A DNA stretch of 64,000 nucleotides from an uncultured Methanosarcinaceae archaeon (lineage in GTDB: Archaea > Halobacteriota > Methanosarcinia > Methanosarcinales > Methanosarcinaceae), in the NCBI GenBank assembly GCA_963847185.1, contig CAWJYV010000001.1:1-64000 (forward strand), given 5' to 3'. The notes under the pieces are model-generated. The model was not told the DNA's origin and ran no database searches. It saw nothing but the letters and a program-made list of their open reading frames with translations. Positions 22,609 to 34,240 of this stretch are shown piece after piece; the stretch's first letter is position 1; every line of letters begins with the position of its first letter. The position numbers were made by a program, and so were the translations under genes.

Positions 22609-22792
22609 GCAAAAAAAGATGTCGTAATCTATTATAAGTCTTGTTTTTTCCTCATTTTTTCGCCAACTTCTTTACATCCTGTTTTTAGTAATACATGTAA
22701 AGAATTAGAATATTCCTTATAAAGATTTTTTGAATAGTTGATAATATGGATTAGATTAAAGGTTGGTTTACTTTACATATTACTCAAATTCG

Positions 22793-23956
22793 GGTACTTC
22801 ATTTGTATTTAGTTGATATTATATAGTAGGAGAAATATCATACTCCCCTAATGGGAAAAAGAGGAGCAAAGCCAAAGTTCACTGACGTTTCTTGTCCTAA
22901 CCCGGATTGTAAACTTTATGGTGTTACTGGAAAAGAAAACATCATAGGCAATGGTACCTATCAAATCAAGAATAAGCGAGTTCGAAAATATATCTGCCGC
23001 GAATGCGGCAGAGTATTCAATGATCGAACAGGTACTTTTTTTGATAATGTGAGAAAAGACGAATCTGACATTAAACTAGCCCTTAAAATGGCTATTAAAG
23101 GAATGTCAATACAAGCTATTTCTGATGTATTGGAAGTTCAACCTGCAACAGTAAGTAACTGGTTGTTTCGCTGCGCGAAACAATGTGAGAAGGTAAATGA
23201 AGACTTGATGAAAGATCTTAATATTTCCAAAGTTGAGATGGATGAACTATGGGTAATAATTAAAAAAAAGTTGCTCCAAGAACAGAAGTTGAAGATGATG
23301 GAGCATGGATGTGGGTGAGCTTTGCACCTGAGTCCAGATTAATAATTGATTTTATACTGGGGCCAAGAAAACAGTATGTGGCAGACGAATTTGTAAATAT
23401 TACAGATAAACATCTTTCAACTTTAAAACCTCTTTTTGTTACAGATGGATTAAAATTCTATGCTGAAGCTCTTTTGAAAAAATATGGTGATTTGGTAGAG
23501 TTTTCTAAAACTGGAAAGAGAGGAAGACCCAGAAAACCAGCAATAGTACCTAATGAAAATCTGAAATATGCTCAGGTTATCAAAAACAAACTGGGAAAGA
23601 AGCTTCAGAAAATTGAAAAAAGAGTAATCTTTGGTCAAAATATAGATCAAAGTGAAATTTCAACAAGTTTGCTTGAAAGACAAAATCTAACATTTAGACA
23701 GGATAACAATAGAGTTTCAAGGAAGACAATAGGGTTTTCAAAGAAAATTGAGGGATTGTACAACCAAATGAGACTTTATTGCACTCATTTTAACTTTTGT
23801 AGAGACCATAGAGGATTAAAAAAAGAAAAAGAAAATGGAGTTTTGGGAAAGAAAACACCAGCAGAAAAATATGGGATTACTAAAAATAAATGGACATTAA
23901 CAGATTTGTTAAATTATAGGAACAATAAAATATCAACTAATTAATGAGGCAGCACC
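22793..23956 (+). mobile_element. IS1-family insertion sequence
   Basis: Ends GGTAC... and ...GCACC; 8-bp target duplication CAAATTCG at 22785-22792 and 23957-23964. Confidence 0.9.
22851..23944 (+). CDS. IS1-family transposase (two ORFs, probably joined by a programmed -1 frameshift)
   Basis: Zn finger CPNPDC...CREC, HTH, EMDELW then an A8 run near 23262; second ORF has VTDG and LERQNLTFRQ. Confidence 0.85.
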
Positions 23957-24107
23957 CAAATTCGACAACATCTATAAATAAAATATATTTTTGATATACC
24001 GTTCGAATTCAAGGGAGATATTACTAACCTATAAATTATACAATAATTTCGTCGCAAAGTTATGAAACCTAATTTATCGCATATGCCTGTTTTTATACTT
24101 TGTCTTA

Positions 24108-24388
24108 GAGCCTGTCTTAAAATTAAATTTGATCCTACAACTGGGATAGGACTTATGCTATTGAACTGAAAAACAGCAGCATGAAGCCGTTAAATATCTA
24201 AAGTGTAATTTTAATCAATGATGATTAATGCATTTGATTTTCTACATCGAGTGCGTAAGTCATATGGAAAAAGTATTATCCCTGAGGTAAATCTATACCT
24301 GAATTTCGGAAAAATTTACGGTATGACTTTGAAGTTAACCTTGCCCATTATCCAATTGTAGGAATGGTTTGAATTTTAAGACAGCCTC
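24108..24388. mobile_element. IS5-type MITE carrying a nested IS701-type MITE (24147-24264)
   Basis: Outer TIRs GAGCCTGTCTTAAAATT and AATTTTAAGACAGCCTC with TTA flanks. Inner TAGGACTTATGC and GCGTAAGTCATA. Confidence 0.8.
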
Positions 24389-24660
24389 TTAGATAGTCGA
24401 GATCTTATTCCTTCTAATCAGATGTGTTGTCTAATTGGGTCTGTTATAGATGATATAGATTTTAATGAATTGAATTCAGGCATAATAATTCTGGCCCCTA
24501 CCTATAATCCATTATAACTTTATTCAGTCTTTGCTTGATAGAGTTTGACCATTGGGGCGTGACTACTCCCAATATTAGAGAAATCAGAGTTTAAGTTTAT
24601 TTTTGAAAACTCGTAACCTAACTTTGGGATGAACTCAGTATTAATAATTCGTGAGAAGAA

Positions 24661-25611
24661 TTATCTTCCGTTTCGATACAACGTAACAAATTTTTCTTTT
24701 ACATTAAGTGGTTCCTTTAACAAGTGAATATCTTTCAGGAACTTGATGTTATCTAGGCTGATTACAAGCGCTGCAGCCAGGATGAAAATGGAGCCAACAA
24801 GCATTCCGCTGTGAATCGGGTTCCCGAGTACCATAAGGTCAAAAAAGATACAGGAAACGGGTTCAAGCAAAGTAAGAATACTGCCTGTAGTAGCGCTTAC
24901 GCCTGCTACACCTCTTATGTAAAATACCGCTCCAATGCCAGTAAACAAAACTCCAAAGAGTATAAGAGTGTGAAGATTCTCAACAAGCACATAGCCTGGA
25001 AGAGATACCGCAAAAGGCGATAGGAAGACCATACTGATTACACTCTGCCAGAAGAGCTGGGTGAGACCACTGTATTCGCCTCTGAGATAGCGAACTGAAA
25101 TAATTACTCCACTGCTGAAAAGACCACCTGTAAGCCCGAAAAGTACTCCTTTAAGGTAGTTGCTGCCAAACTCAAGTTGCACAAAACCTCCTTCCGGTCT
25201 TGTTACATAGAAGACGCCTATCAGACCAAGGAAAAGAGCAAAAATGGTTTTGCTGGTATTCTTTTCCCCGAGCAGGAGAGGTGCAACGAGAGTAAGGTAG
25301 ATAGGGTCTGTATATAGTAGCAATATGGCTGAAGAGGCTCCTAAATATCGGATTGCGGAATAGTAAGAAAACATTTGAGCAACATACAAAAATCCAAGAA
25401 GAATAAGATACCTTTTCTTTCTTTTCAAAGAAAGCTGGCCTAAATTTCCATTAATGGAAAGATAACATAAAATAGCTAAAATCCCGAAAAGAATTCTATA
25501 AAAAACAATTGAGCCTACGGACATATCCCGTAGCCATTCCATAAAAATTCCAACAGCACCATAAATTGTACACGCAATAAAAAGCTCAACATGGTGCGTA
25601 AGGGTCTTCAT
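24661..25611 (-). CDS. EamA/DMT-family transporter
   Basis: About ten hydrophobic segments in two repeats; LLLYTDPIY...LLGEK and ILTLLEPV. Confidence 0.85.
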   Translation of the reverse strand: MKTLTHHVELFIACTIYGAVGIFMEWLRDMSVGSIVFYRILFGILAILCYLSINGNLGQLSLKRKKRYLILLGFLYVAQMFSYYSAIRYLGASSAILLLYTDPIYLTLVAPLLLGEKNTSKTIFALFLGLIGVFYVTRPEGGFVQLEFGSNYLKGVLFGLTGGLFSSGVIISVRYLRGEYSGLTQLFWQSVISMVFLSPFAVSLPGYVLVENLHTLILFGVLFTGIGAVFYIRGVAGVSATTGSILTLLEPVSCIFFDLMVLGNPIHSGMLVGSIFILAAALVISLDNIKFLKDIHLLKEPLNVKEKFVTLYRNGR

Positions 25612-25764
25612 TATGTATAATTAGAGAATGCTATCCATATATAATTTTGGAAATAGAAAATTCATGGCTATAGATTAAGACTTAAAATGTCACTCTTCCA
25701 TTGATTTTATATTGTAGGACTTAACGGTTGAACTGAGAAATCAATTAAAGTTGCGCTGGCGCAC

Positions 25765-26450
25765 TCCACATCTCCCAGAAACCTCTCCGCTAACTCAAAT
25801 CTGGGATATCGAGGAAACATAGTTGGATGGCTATAAAGAAAGTGATGACAAAGAGTATTCATTTTACTCGTTTTAATTGCGTTGTGGAGCTGTCCGGGAT
25901 ATATTGGTCCATCTAGCTACGAGCGATAGCCTTGGCCTTTGTACGTGGCTTCTAGGTATATGTGCTTAAGGATAGATGTGCCAGCCAGCCTTCCACATAT
26001 CCCCGAATCAGAGCCGCTACACGGGATTACTCTTTTTTCACTTCTTATGTAGTCTGTAGGGATATATTGGTCCATCCGGTTACGAGCGATAGCCCTGGCC
26101 TTTGTACATGGCTTCTAGGTATATGTGCGTGGTTAGTATGTTTCTTTAGGATATCCCAGAAACCTCTCCGATAACTCAGATCTGAGTCATCGAGGAAACA
26201 GAGTCGGAAAGCTATAAAAAAGTGATGATATAGAGTAGTCATTTTTCCATTTCACATGTAGTGTCAGGGATATGTTTAGTCCATCTGGCTACGAGCGATG
26301 GCCCTGGCCTTTTAGATTAGCTTCTAAGTATATGTGCGTGGAGGATTCGGGATAGATGCACTACACCACCTTCATCACATCCCATAAATCTCTCCGATAA
26401 CTCAGATCTGAGTTATCGGTAAACGTTATCATTTGGCTACAAAAAAGTGC
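25765..26450 (+). repeat. Cluster of fold-back repeat units (A, B, A, partial A)
   Basis: Same arms as 17070-17640. Palindrome copies at 25787 (degenerate), 26168 and 26394 (perfect 26 bp). Confidence 0.85.
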
Positions 26451-26554
26451 TGAATTCCTCTTAGTTCCTGAGTAATTTGAGGAATAATCTATTAGGCAGG
26501 TAAATAAAAAGTCCTGAGCCTACATTTCTCGTGAGTTCAGGACTTCCATTTAGA

Positions 26555-27208
26555 TTATTTCTTAAATTTTGGGGTATAAGCTAAAATCCCTATATCTTCG
26601 TCGAGACTTAATTCTTCGAAAGTAGTTGGATTAATACTCCAGGAACCTGCTACTTCCATAACTGTTTCTTCATTTGGGAACCATATATCTTTATCGAGCT
26701 CTTCCATATCTGTTTCTTCATCTGTCTCTTCATCTGTTTCTTCATCTGGGAGACATTCGCTTTCATCGAGTTGATCCCAGTTGTAAGACTTTTCTATCTG
26801 GGTTAGCTCTCCTTTATTAGTAAGAACTTCGCCACTTTCGCCTAAGTATGCGAAGGATCTTACCAAAAGACCATTTTTGGCCAACATCCAGTGATGATAT
26901 TCAACTACATGATAGGTTGCAAAGGCCTGTACTTCTTCAAACTGCATACTAAGATTAGTAATGAGTTTTTCGATATCATGTACGCTATCTTTTTCACCTG
27001 GATCTGCCGTCCATCGGCCAACTACAAAAGTCCAGTCATTAACTGGAGGAGTAACAAAAACAATCTCATCATACTCTGAATGGATAGTGTCTATTCCTTC
27101 ATCCCAGCCTATTTCCTCAATTAAGGTAAGACCTAAAGCAGATAGTATCTTATCTCTACTTGCATTACGAATGGCAAACCATCCCATTTTGTAACCGAAA
27201 GAATACAT
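26555..27208 (-). CDS. Hypothetical acidic protein (possible immunity protein)
   Basis: 217-aa ORF with RBS GGAG; FGYKMGW...VTPPVNDW...EYHHW...WSINP; DEET tandem repeat. Confidence 0.7.
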   Translation of the reverse strand: MYSFGYKMGWFAIRNASRDKILSALGLTLIEEIGWDEGIDTIHSEYDEIVFVTPPVNDWTFVVGRWTADPGEKDSVHDIEKLITNLSMQFEEVQAFATYHVVEYHHWMLAKNGLLVRSFAYLGESGEVLTNKGELTQIEKSYNWDQLDESECLPDEETDEETDEETDMEELDKDIWFPNEETVMEVAGSWSINPTTFEELSLDEDIGILAYTPKFKK

Positions 27209-27689
27209 TATAATATCTCCAACGAACTTAATTCCTCTAATTTCTCTTAAAGTGCCTTAGCCAAATACCTTTTCTAATGTAAGCGGTTTTGAACTGCTCA
27301 GACTTATTGGACTAATCGATCCCCTAACCAGGTCTTTTCAGTCTTTGGCTTAAATACTCGGATTGAGAGTTTATAAAATGCCTAATTTATATTAAAATGC
27401 CTAATTTATATTAATAATTGTCTATTTTTCATTAAATTAGGAGTACAATCCTTTATAATGAGGATATTAAGAAATGTTTGGAAATTTTAAGAATATTCTG
27501 ACAAAAATAAAGGTCTTCAGCCAAAGTAACGTCTTAGCTCAAATAATTAACTCTTTTCAATCTTGCAGTAGACGAACTAGATCTTATATATTTTTAGTAG
27601 CTTTTCTGAATCGTTTTTGGACATTACTCCTTGATGCTGTGACGAAAATTACAGGCAATCTCACGTCCTAAATCCTCTTCTTATTACAA

Positions 27690-27912
27690 GCGATCTGGTC
27701 TTTTAGATTAGCTTCTAGGTATGCTTCTTCAGGAATATACGTACCGTGCCAGCCTTCCATATATCCCAGAAGCTTGCATAGCACTTTATTGGCATTAAAA
27801 ATCTACGTACATGGCTTCCCAGAAGCAGGGAGATAATAAGTGCCTTGGAAGAGGCTAAATGATTGGCTGCGTGGATTAGCGTGAGTTTGTACTATATTCA
27901 CGTGGAAGGCTC
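27690..27912 (+). repeat. Fold-back repeat: right arm plus type C unit
   Basis: TAGCTTCTAGGTATG...CAGCCTTCCATATATCCCAGAAGCTTGCATAG...GTGCCTTGGAAG...GTGGAAGGCTC. Confidence 0.8.
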
Positions 27913-27994
27913 AGCGTGGATGTGAAAAATAGATCCCCAGATTTCCAACCAGTCCATGTGAAATTAATAAATTAAAAGATTAGAACTTCCTAAG

Positions 27995-28328
27995 GATAGT
28001 GGGGAAAAAGTTCGTCGACTGCTCTTTTGGCAGCAGAGGAACAGAAACTGGACAACAACTCTGGGAAAAATTAGAGAAGAAAGAGATTGAAAAGTGATGA
28101 CTGATCACTGGAGGGCATATGAAGAGTTTCTTCCAGAAAAGGTTCATACTCAATCCAAAGCAGAAACGTATACTGTTGAAGGATATAACAGCATATTAAG
28201 GCACTTTCTGGCAAGATTGAGGCGAAAGACAAAGTGTTATACTAAGAGTATTGAAATGCTATAGTACCCGGTTATTCTCTTAATGAAATAAATAAATAAT
28301 GAGTAAACTATATTTAATTAACAATGCC
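27995..28328 (+). mobile_element. IS1-family fragment (InsB-like 3' half)
   Basis: MTDHWRAY...VEGYNSILRHFLARLRRKTKCY with stop codons; right end ...AACAATGCC. Homologous to 42355-42691. Confidence 0.8.
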
Positions 28329-28732
28329 ATAAATAGTTAATAAACTTTTTGTAAAAATTCAAATATTTAACAATCTGAACAGTTAGTATCCATGCTTTTT
28401 AGTTTAAGCAAGAGAGAACTCTGACAATATTGCAGAAAAGAAATTCAGTGCCTCTATTTTTTTACTTTAATAAGTCTCTTGATATTGATAAAAATAATTG
28501 TATGGAATTTGATTTCTTTTTCCAAAAATGGTTCAAAATTTTTGAAAACTAATAAATGATAAGAATGATTTATTCTACTTATTTTATACAAACATAAGTA
28601 TTATAATTTTGTAATAAAAACCAACGATATTAGCTGCGCATCTTTGTTTTTGAAAATCAGTCTTTTGCTTACGATTCTCAGTAACTGACACAACTAACTT
28701 ACACTTTTAAGGAAAATAAAGGGAGAAAACAA

Positions 28733-30517
28733 ATGAAAAATAAAGAAAAGTTGTACTTAGGAGCTTTGAAGTCAATAGTTGTAATTTCGTTTTTAATTCT
28801 TATTTCATTTGTAGCGTCAGCATCTGACGGACAAAATATTTCGAATATAGCACCAAATACAGGTAGCAATAACATATCTGGAACTGGTCCCGTAACTAAC
28901 ACTGTTGCATCCACGATTAATGTAGGGGTATATCCGTACGGAATTGCAGTCACCCCGGATGGAAAAAGGATTTATGTGACAAACGGCGGTAGCAACACTA
29001 TCTCTGTAATAGATACAATAACAAATACTATCATGGCTACAGTGAACGTAGAATCCGCTCCTGGTGGAGTTGCTATCACCCCGGATGGAAAAAAGGCATA
29101 TGTGGCGAACTATAACAGCAGTAGTATCTCTGTAATTGACACAGCTACAAGCACGGTCATATCCACGATAATTGTAGGAAGTAATCCTTACGGAATTGCA
29201 GTCAGCCCAGATGGAAAAAAAGCATATGTGACTAATGGAGGTAGCGACACTGTCTCTGTAATTGATATAGCAACAGACACTGTCATATCCACGATATTTG
29301 TAGGAAGCAATCCTTGGGGTGTTGCAATCAATCCTACTGGAACAAATGTATATGTGGCTAGCTATAACAGCAGCAGTGTCTCTATAATTGACACAGCAAC
29401 AAACAATGTTACATACACCTTGCCTGTTGCATCTGGTCCTGTGGGAATTGCAGTAAACCCAACCGGAATAAACGTATATGTGACGAGCTATAACAGCAAC
29501 AGTGTCTCTGTAATTGACACGGCAACAAACACTGTTACAGATACTATCACTGTAGGATCCGGCCCTTTGGGGGTTGCAGTAAACCCAATGGGAACAAACG
29601 TATATGTGACGAGCTATAACAGCAACAGTGTCTCTGTAATTGACACGGCAACAAACACTGTTATAGATACTATTACTGTGGGAACCGGTCCTTTGGGAGT
29701 TGCAGTAAATCCGATGGGAACAAACATATATGTGACAAACAGCGGCAGCAACACTGTCTCTGTAGTTAGCACTGTTAGAGCAACACCAGGTACAGGAACT
29801 CCAGGTACAGGAACTCTAGGTACTGGAACTCCGGGTACGGGAACGACAGAAAACCCGAAAATCTACTGCCTGCTGCGTAAGCCGCAGTATATATCTGATC
29901 CCTGCCCCTGCTTCCAGTTCTATCTTGCAAAAACTACAGGTGATGCGGCTAGAGCGTCCACTGATGGAACCAACTGCTTTGTTACTGCTCTCGGTGCTCG
30001 TGAAGGATGGAAGGTTGATCCCACGTTCGATGAACTCCTTACTTGGACCGGAGGAGATGGGGCAATGGCGGTGGTCAGCCCTTATTTTAGCGATTTTTAT
30101 GGTTGCAATGCTTGCAGGAGCGGAACTGGCAACGGAACTGTTACCGGCAATGGAACTGTTACCGGCAATGGAACTGTTACCGGCAACGGAACTGTTACCG
30201 GCAATGGAACTGCACCTGAGCCTTGGTTTGTATTTCTCGCAAACGATGCTATGTTCGTTGATCAAGAATCTGTCCTTAAGTCTAGGAGATTGTGTGATAT
30301 CAGTGGATGGGGACTAGATTGTTCTAAGACAGTGGGAGATTCTGTACAACTAATTAAGGTCAAAGGTCCATTCAATAGCTTGGAAGAGGCTAGTAAGGCA
30401 TATTGCGAAGATATTGTTCCAGGGACTGTTCACGCAATTCCTCTCACTTCCGGAAGTAAAGCAAAGTTCAACTTTGATGGTAAGGAACATTGGATAGAAA
30501 CCGCGCCTAGCTGCTGA
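28733..30517 (+). CDS. Secreted YVTN beta-propeller protein with Cys-rich C-terminal domains
   Basis: Signal peptide, seven ~42-aa YVTN repeats, and GTGTP and GNGTVT linkers. Confidence 0.9.
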   Translation: MKNKEKLYLGALKSIVVISFLILISFVASASDGQNISNIAPNTGSNNISGTGPVTNTVASTINVGVYPYGIAVTPDGKRIYVTNGGSNTISVIDTITNTIMATVNVESAPGGVAITPDGKKAYVANYNSSSISVIDTATSTVISTIIVGSNPYGIAVSPDGKKAYVTNGGSDTVSVIDIATDTVISTIFVGSNPWGVAINPTGTNVYVASYNSSSVSIIDTATNNVTYTLPVASGPVGIAVNPTGINVYVTSYNSNSVSVIDTATNTVTDTITVGSGPLGVAVNPMGTNVYVTSYNSNSVSVIDTATNTVIDTITVGTGPLGVAVNPMGTNIYVTNSGSNTVSVVSTVRATPGTGTPGTGTLGTGTPGTGTTENPKIYCLLRKPQYISDPCPCFQFYLAKTTGDAARASTDGTNCFVTALGAREGWKVDPTFDELLTWTGGDGAMAVVSPYFSDFYGCNACRSGTGNGTVTGNGTVTGNGTVTGNGTVTGNGTAPEPWFVFLANDAMFVDQESVLKSRRLCDISGWGLDCSKTVGDSVQLIKVKGPFNSLEEASKAYCEDIVPGTVHAIPLTSGSKAKFNFDGKEHWIETAPSC

Positions 30518-32028
30518 ACAAACTGTCAAAGATGCTGTCTGTTTAGAGGAGTGAGTTATTGAAATTTAATTAAAAAGTACATGGGTTTTATGCCAAAGCC
30601 TATGTGTTTTTTTCTCTTTTTTATTGTCCTTCAAGGTAACTTTTTGAGTAGATCCACAGGGATCTTTACGAGCGGGATAGATGTGATCTTATGCAATTGT
30701 AGAAAATTTGCACCCCTTGATAATTGGAGTGCCCTTCATTTTCAGTCATCTCACAGTTTTGGTCGTCCCTTATTATACGGTTGATCTTTTCATGATTAAT
30801 TTTCCAATGGTAGAAATGCTTATGTTTTGTGCATCAAAGCACGTCTACTATAACACACTTAATCATCTTGCCAAACTGCAAAAAAGATATGATACGACAC
30901 TAGGAATGTTTTGGGAAATAATATCAACCAACTAATAGTGTGCACGACCAAAGTTAATTATAACTCGAAATAAAGTGCAAAGCGCTTATATCCAAACTTA
31001 TCTTTCACTTCGCCATCAAAATAGTAATTTAAGGACTGAAATTACTTATGAAAATTATTACCTTATATGTTTTTACTCACACTCTATGTCAATTTTCTAA
31101 CGTATTATTTTCTTAATATATAACCTCATATATTCCCAAAAGTATATGATTTCAGTGTTCTCTCTTTCTCGTTTTTAATATCTAATTATAGCTAGTAAGG
31201 TAAAGTTTATTCCTAAAGTACATAATATTATAGGGTTTATTAATGGCTCTCGGTGCGTTTTTATGGTGACGAAATATGGAGCCAAAAGTACGAGACTTAT
31301 AGGTTTTAATTTTGAAGTTTCAAGCGTAAACATAATTAATAAAAATAAATTTAATTAAAGATAAGAATTAATTGGACTGTTAGATTTGAAGGAGAAAAAC
31401 TCTTCTTCACAATAGTTGGTTACACATAATGGAGAAAATCCCCGATCTGCGTTTGTTGGATGATCCGAGGTCTGGTCTTTCGCGAAGAAAAATATACTTG
31501 CAAAATAAATATATTATCTTCTTTATCTATAATTCTAGGACTATTTTCTGCTTTTTTCAGTAAAATCATCCATTTTAGCACCTATAAATTAATTATACTA
31601 CTAAATTAAGTCTATTTTTCCTTTATATTATCTAATTTTATCTATTTTACTCAAAAATGAGATCAATGACTTTATTTTAGATACAATTTAAAATAATTTC
31701 GAAATATTAGTTTATTCTGAAAGTTCCTCATCTTTTTCCCGATAAATAGTTCCTGATTTTCGGAACTATTTAGTGTTAAGTAAAAATTATTCTATATGCT
31801 TTATATAAATTAAAGATATATGTTTTATATACTCATCTGCAATAAAATATTTGAATATGTTAATTCCAAAAATTAATACTTCATTGAAAAAAATTTTTGG
31901 ATTTAAATTGCCGTGAGTATCGCATATTTGTGGGAATAAATACGCTACGTAGAAAACATATGTATAGGTTTTCTCAAAGGTTGAGAAAAAGGAATAATTA
32001 GAGATTAAACTTAAGGGGGGGAAATCAA

Positions 32029-32121
32029 ATGTTTGCACACGATTTCTATGTGAATTTTGCTCTGATTAAAGCATACAAAGCAAAAGTTTATGCAGAGATT
32101 ACTCAGGTAATTGTCGCATAA
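32029..32121 (+). CDS. 30-aa small protein MFAHDFYVNFALIKAYKAKVYAEITQVIVA
   Basis: G-rich RBS; tandem paralog at 32205 differs mostly by synonymous changes. Confidence 0.7.
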   Translation: MFAHDFYVNFALIKAYKAKVYAEITQVIVA

Positions 32122-32204
32122 ACTTAGATGAATAATAAGGAATCCACTCTCAAAGGATTTCCACTGTATTGTAGTGAGAACTATATTGAAAGGGGGAAAA
32201 TCAA

Positions 32205-32297
32205 ATGTTTGCATACGATTTTTTTGTTAATTTTGCTCTGATTAAAGCATGCAAGGCAAAAGTTTACGCAGAAATTACCCAGGTAATCGTCGGGTAA
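32205..32297 (+). CDS. 30-aa small protein MFAYDFFVNFALIKACKAKVYAEITQVIVG
   Basis: G-rich RBS; paralog of 32029-32121; followed by a hairpin and T-run. Confidence 0.7.
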   Translation: MFAYDFFVNFALIKACKAKVYAEITQVIVG

Positions 32298-32328
32298 ATT
32301 AAATAAAAATACAAAAAATTGAATTGAG

Positions 32329-32355
32329 AGTTGCCTGTTTTACATGCAACTTTTT
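32329..32355 (+). terminator. Hairpin plus T-tract after the peptide pair
   Basis: AGTTGCCTG-TTTTA-CATGCAACT-TTTT. Confidence 0.5.
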
Positions 32356-32478
32356 AGGTCTATAAAACAGTTTCAACGGTTACCTCTTAAAGATATAATA
32401 GACAATATCCTGGATTCGTTTGTCTTTAATTGATGACCAATTAATCTATAGATTTAGAAAGAAATGGAGGGAAAAGTA

Positions 32479-32571
32479 ATGATAGTCTTACCATCAATAA
32501 ACATAAACATGGCATGGGTATTCGTAGTTCTTTCAAAGAATATCGGCATTTTCATAAATCAGGGTATCTAA
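32479..32571 (+). CDS. 30-aa hydrophobic small protein MIVLPSININMAWVFVVLSKNIGIFINQGI
   Basis: RBS GGAGGG 7 nt upstream; followed by the same hairpin as the peptide pair. Confidence 0.5.
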   Translation: MIVLPSININMAWVFVVLSKNIGIFINQGI

Positions 32572-32580
32572 ATTTAATGA

Positions 32581-32608
32581 AAGTTGCATGTTTTGCATGC
32601 AACTTTTT
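32581..32608 (+). terminator. Hairpin plus T-tract
   Basis: AAGTTGCATG-TTTTG-CATGCAACTT-TTT. Confidence 0.5.
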
Positions 32609-33034
32609 AGGTCGTAGTAATCTCAATAGCCATATCTTCTAGTATAATGGACAAATTTCCTGGATTCATTCATCTAGAGTTGATGGCTATGAATTCTCTA
32701 TTTACTTTAATGGCTTAGTTTTTTATTTTTCTCTACATTCACTAGATTTTTATTCAATTAGATACAATTTCAAGGCTATTCTTTTGCCTCTGGCGTATTT
32801 CGAAATTGCATCAATATAATATTGTACTCGTTAAATATAATGTCTAAAGAAATACAAATAAGAAACTGACATTAAGATGCAGTTAGTTAATTTATTATTT
32901 TCTTTGCCTATTTGCGGGTCGAAATTTCTCTATTTAATCCTACTACTTATATATGCACGTTTACAAAATTAATCTTTAATAGTAGATAACCAAAACGTAG
33001 GGTTGTCCCTCATTATATGGTTGATGTTTTCATG

Positions 33035-33164
33035 GAGCCTATCCCAAAACCAATTTCTGTTTCCATATCCATAGGAATTTCATACTATTTTCCTGATCTG
33101 TAGCTCAATTGATTATTTAAAAATCAAGATTCAAAGAGCAGTTTTTGAGTTTTGGGATGAGCTC
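33035..33164. mobile_element. MITE (same family as 2799-2929)
   Basis: TIRs GAGCCTATCCCAAAAC and GTTTTGGGATGAGCTC. Confidence 0.8.
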
Positions 33165-33412
33165 ATATAGCAGCGAAGATCGAGCCAAATAGATAGGTTC
33201 GCACCTACAAAACTAATCAAAAACCGGGCTCAGAAATAATAATAATAAGAATAAAAGGAAAAGCTTGAGCAAGTACAATAATATATACCATAAAATGTTT
33301 CAAAAACAGGTATGTTATTTCGGAGTTTTCGTTGCCCAATGACAGGTATATACCATAAAACATTATTAGGCGTCAGAATTCGCGTACAGGTATATATCAT
33401 AAAATGTTGGAG

Positions 33413-34036
33413 TTAAGCAGACTCAGCTTCACTACTAAGTTGCCTTATACGATTTTCCATGCGTAATATATGTGTTTCCTTATCGAGCCCATGCTCTTCA
33501 TCAAACGCTTTACCCATTTGCGTCATTGAATAATACGGCAGTAGTTGTGAAGGTAGTAGATCAAAGTCTTCCAGTGTCCGTAGTTTGCGCTGTGGGTATT
33601 TCCCGTAGGCTTCCATTCGCTGAACTTTACCAACCCGTTTCAGACTAACTCCCCGCCTAATTCGGTGTAAATAGGCTACATATGCTTCTATACCCTTCTT
33701 TGTGATCTTATACCTGTAAAGTCCATTAGGTCCTTTCGCCTCTAATCGCTGTATATAAGGCAGTTTTATTATCTTACCACTTCTTTTGTGAACCTTCTGA
33801 TACCGTGACATTGCACTCGAAATTGTGGTACGTTGAACACCTGTTATTTTTTCAATGTCGCGTGTAGTCAGTGGTTCTTTAGATTTAAATAAAGCTTCTA
33901 GGATACGGAACTTCAAAAAATTGTTCTTATGAGCATATCCCAATGCAGCTATGTTATCACCTGAAAGTTTTATGCATAAACCAATATCTAGAGCCTCGAT
34001 AATAAAGGTTTGTTCTTTTCCGCTATTGGCGGGCAC
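33413..34036 (-). CDS. Winged-helix DNA-binding protein, paralog 3 (true start probably downstream of the ORF start)
   Basis: HKNNFLKFRILEALF...PLTTRDIEKITGV...GPNGLYRYKITKKGIEAY. Confidence 0.75.
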   Translation of the reverse strand: MPANSGKEQTFIIEALDIGLCIKLSGDNIAALGYAHKNNFLKFRILEALFKSKEPLTTRDIEKITGVQRTTISSAMSRYQKVHKRSGKIIKLPYIQRLEAKGPNGLYRYKITKKGIEAYVAYLHRIRRGVSLKRVGKVQRMEAYGKYPQRKLRTLEDFDLLPSQLLPYYSMTQMGKAFDEEHGLDKETHILRMENRIRQLSSEAESA

Positions 34037-34069
34037 AATATGTATTAATAGGGTTACTCAGACAAGTCT

Positions 34070-34240
34070 TTCAGGATATGTTTAGTACTGTGCCGAATTC
34101 AGCTATCCCGTACCCGTTTTACGGACCTCCAATAATTAAGGAGATATAAGTGCCTTGGAAGGGGCTAAACGCTTGGCTGCGAGGCTTAGCGTGGGTTGTG
34201 GCAATAAGTATGTAGAATAAAGATCCGATAGGATAAAAAC
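34070..34240 (+). repeat. Type C right-half repeat upstream of the wHTH gene
   Basis: GTGCCTTGGAAG...GCTTGGCTGCGAGGCTTAGCGTGG...AATAAGTATGTAGAA; also at about 8870, 11410 and 63830. Confidence 0.8.
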
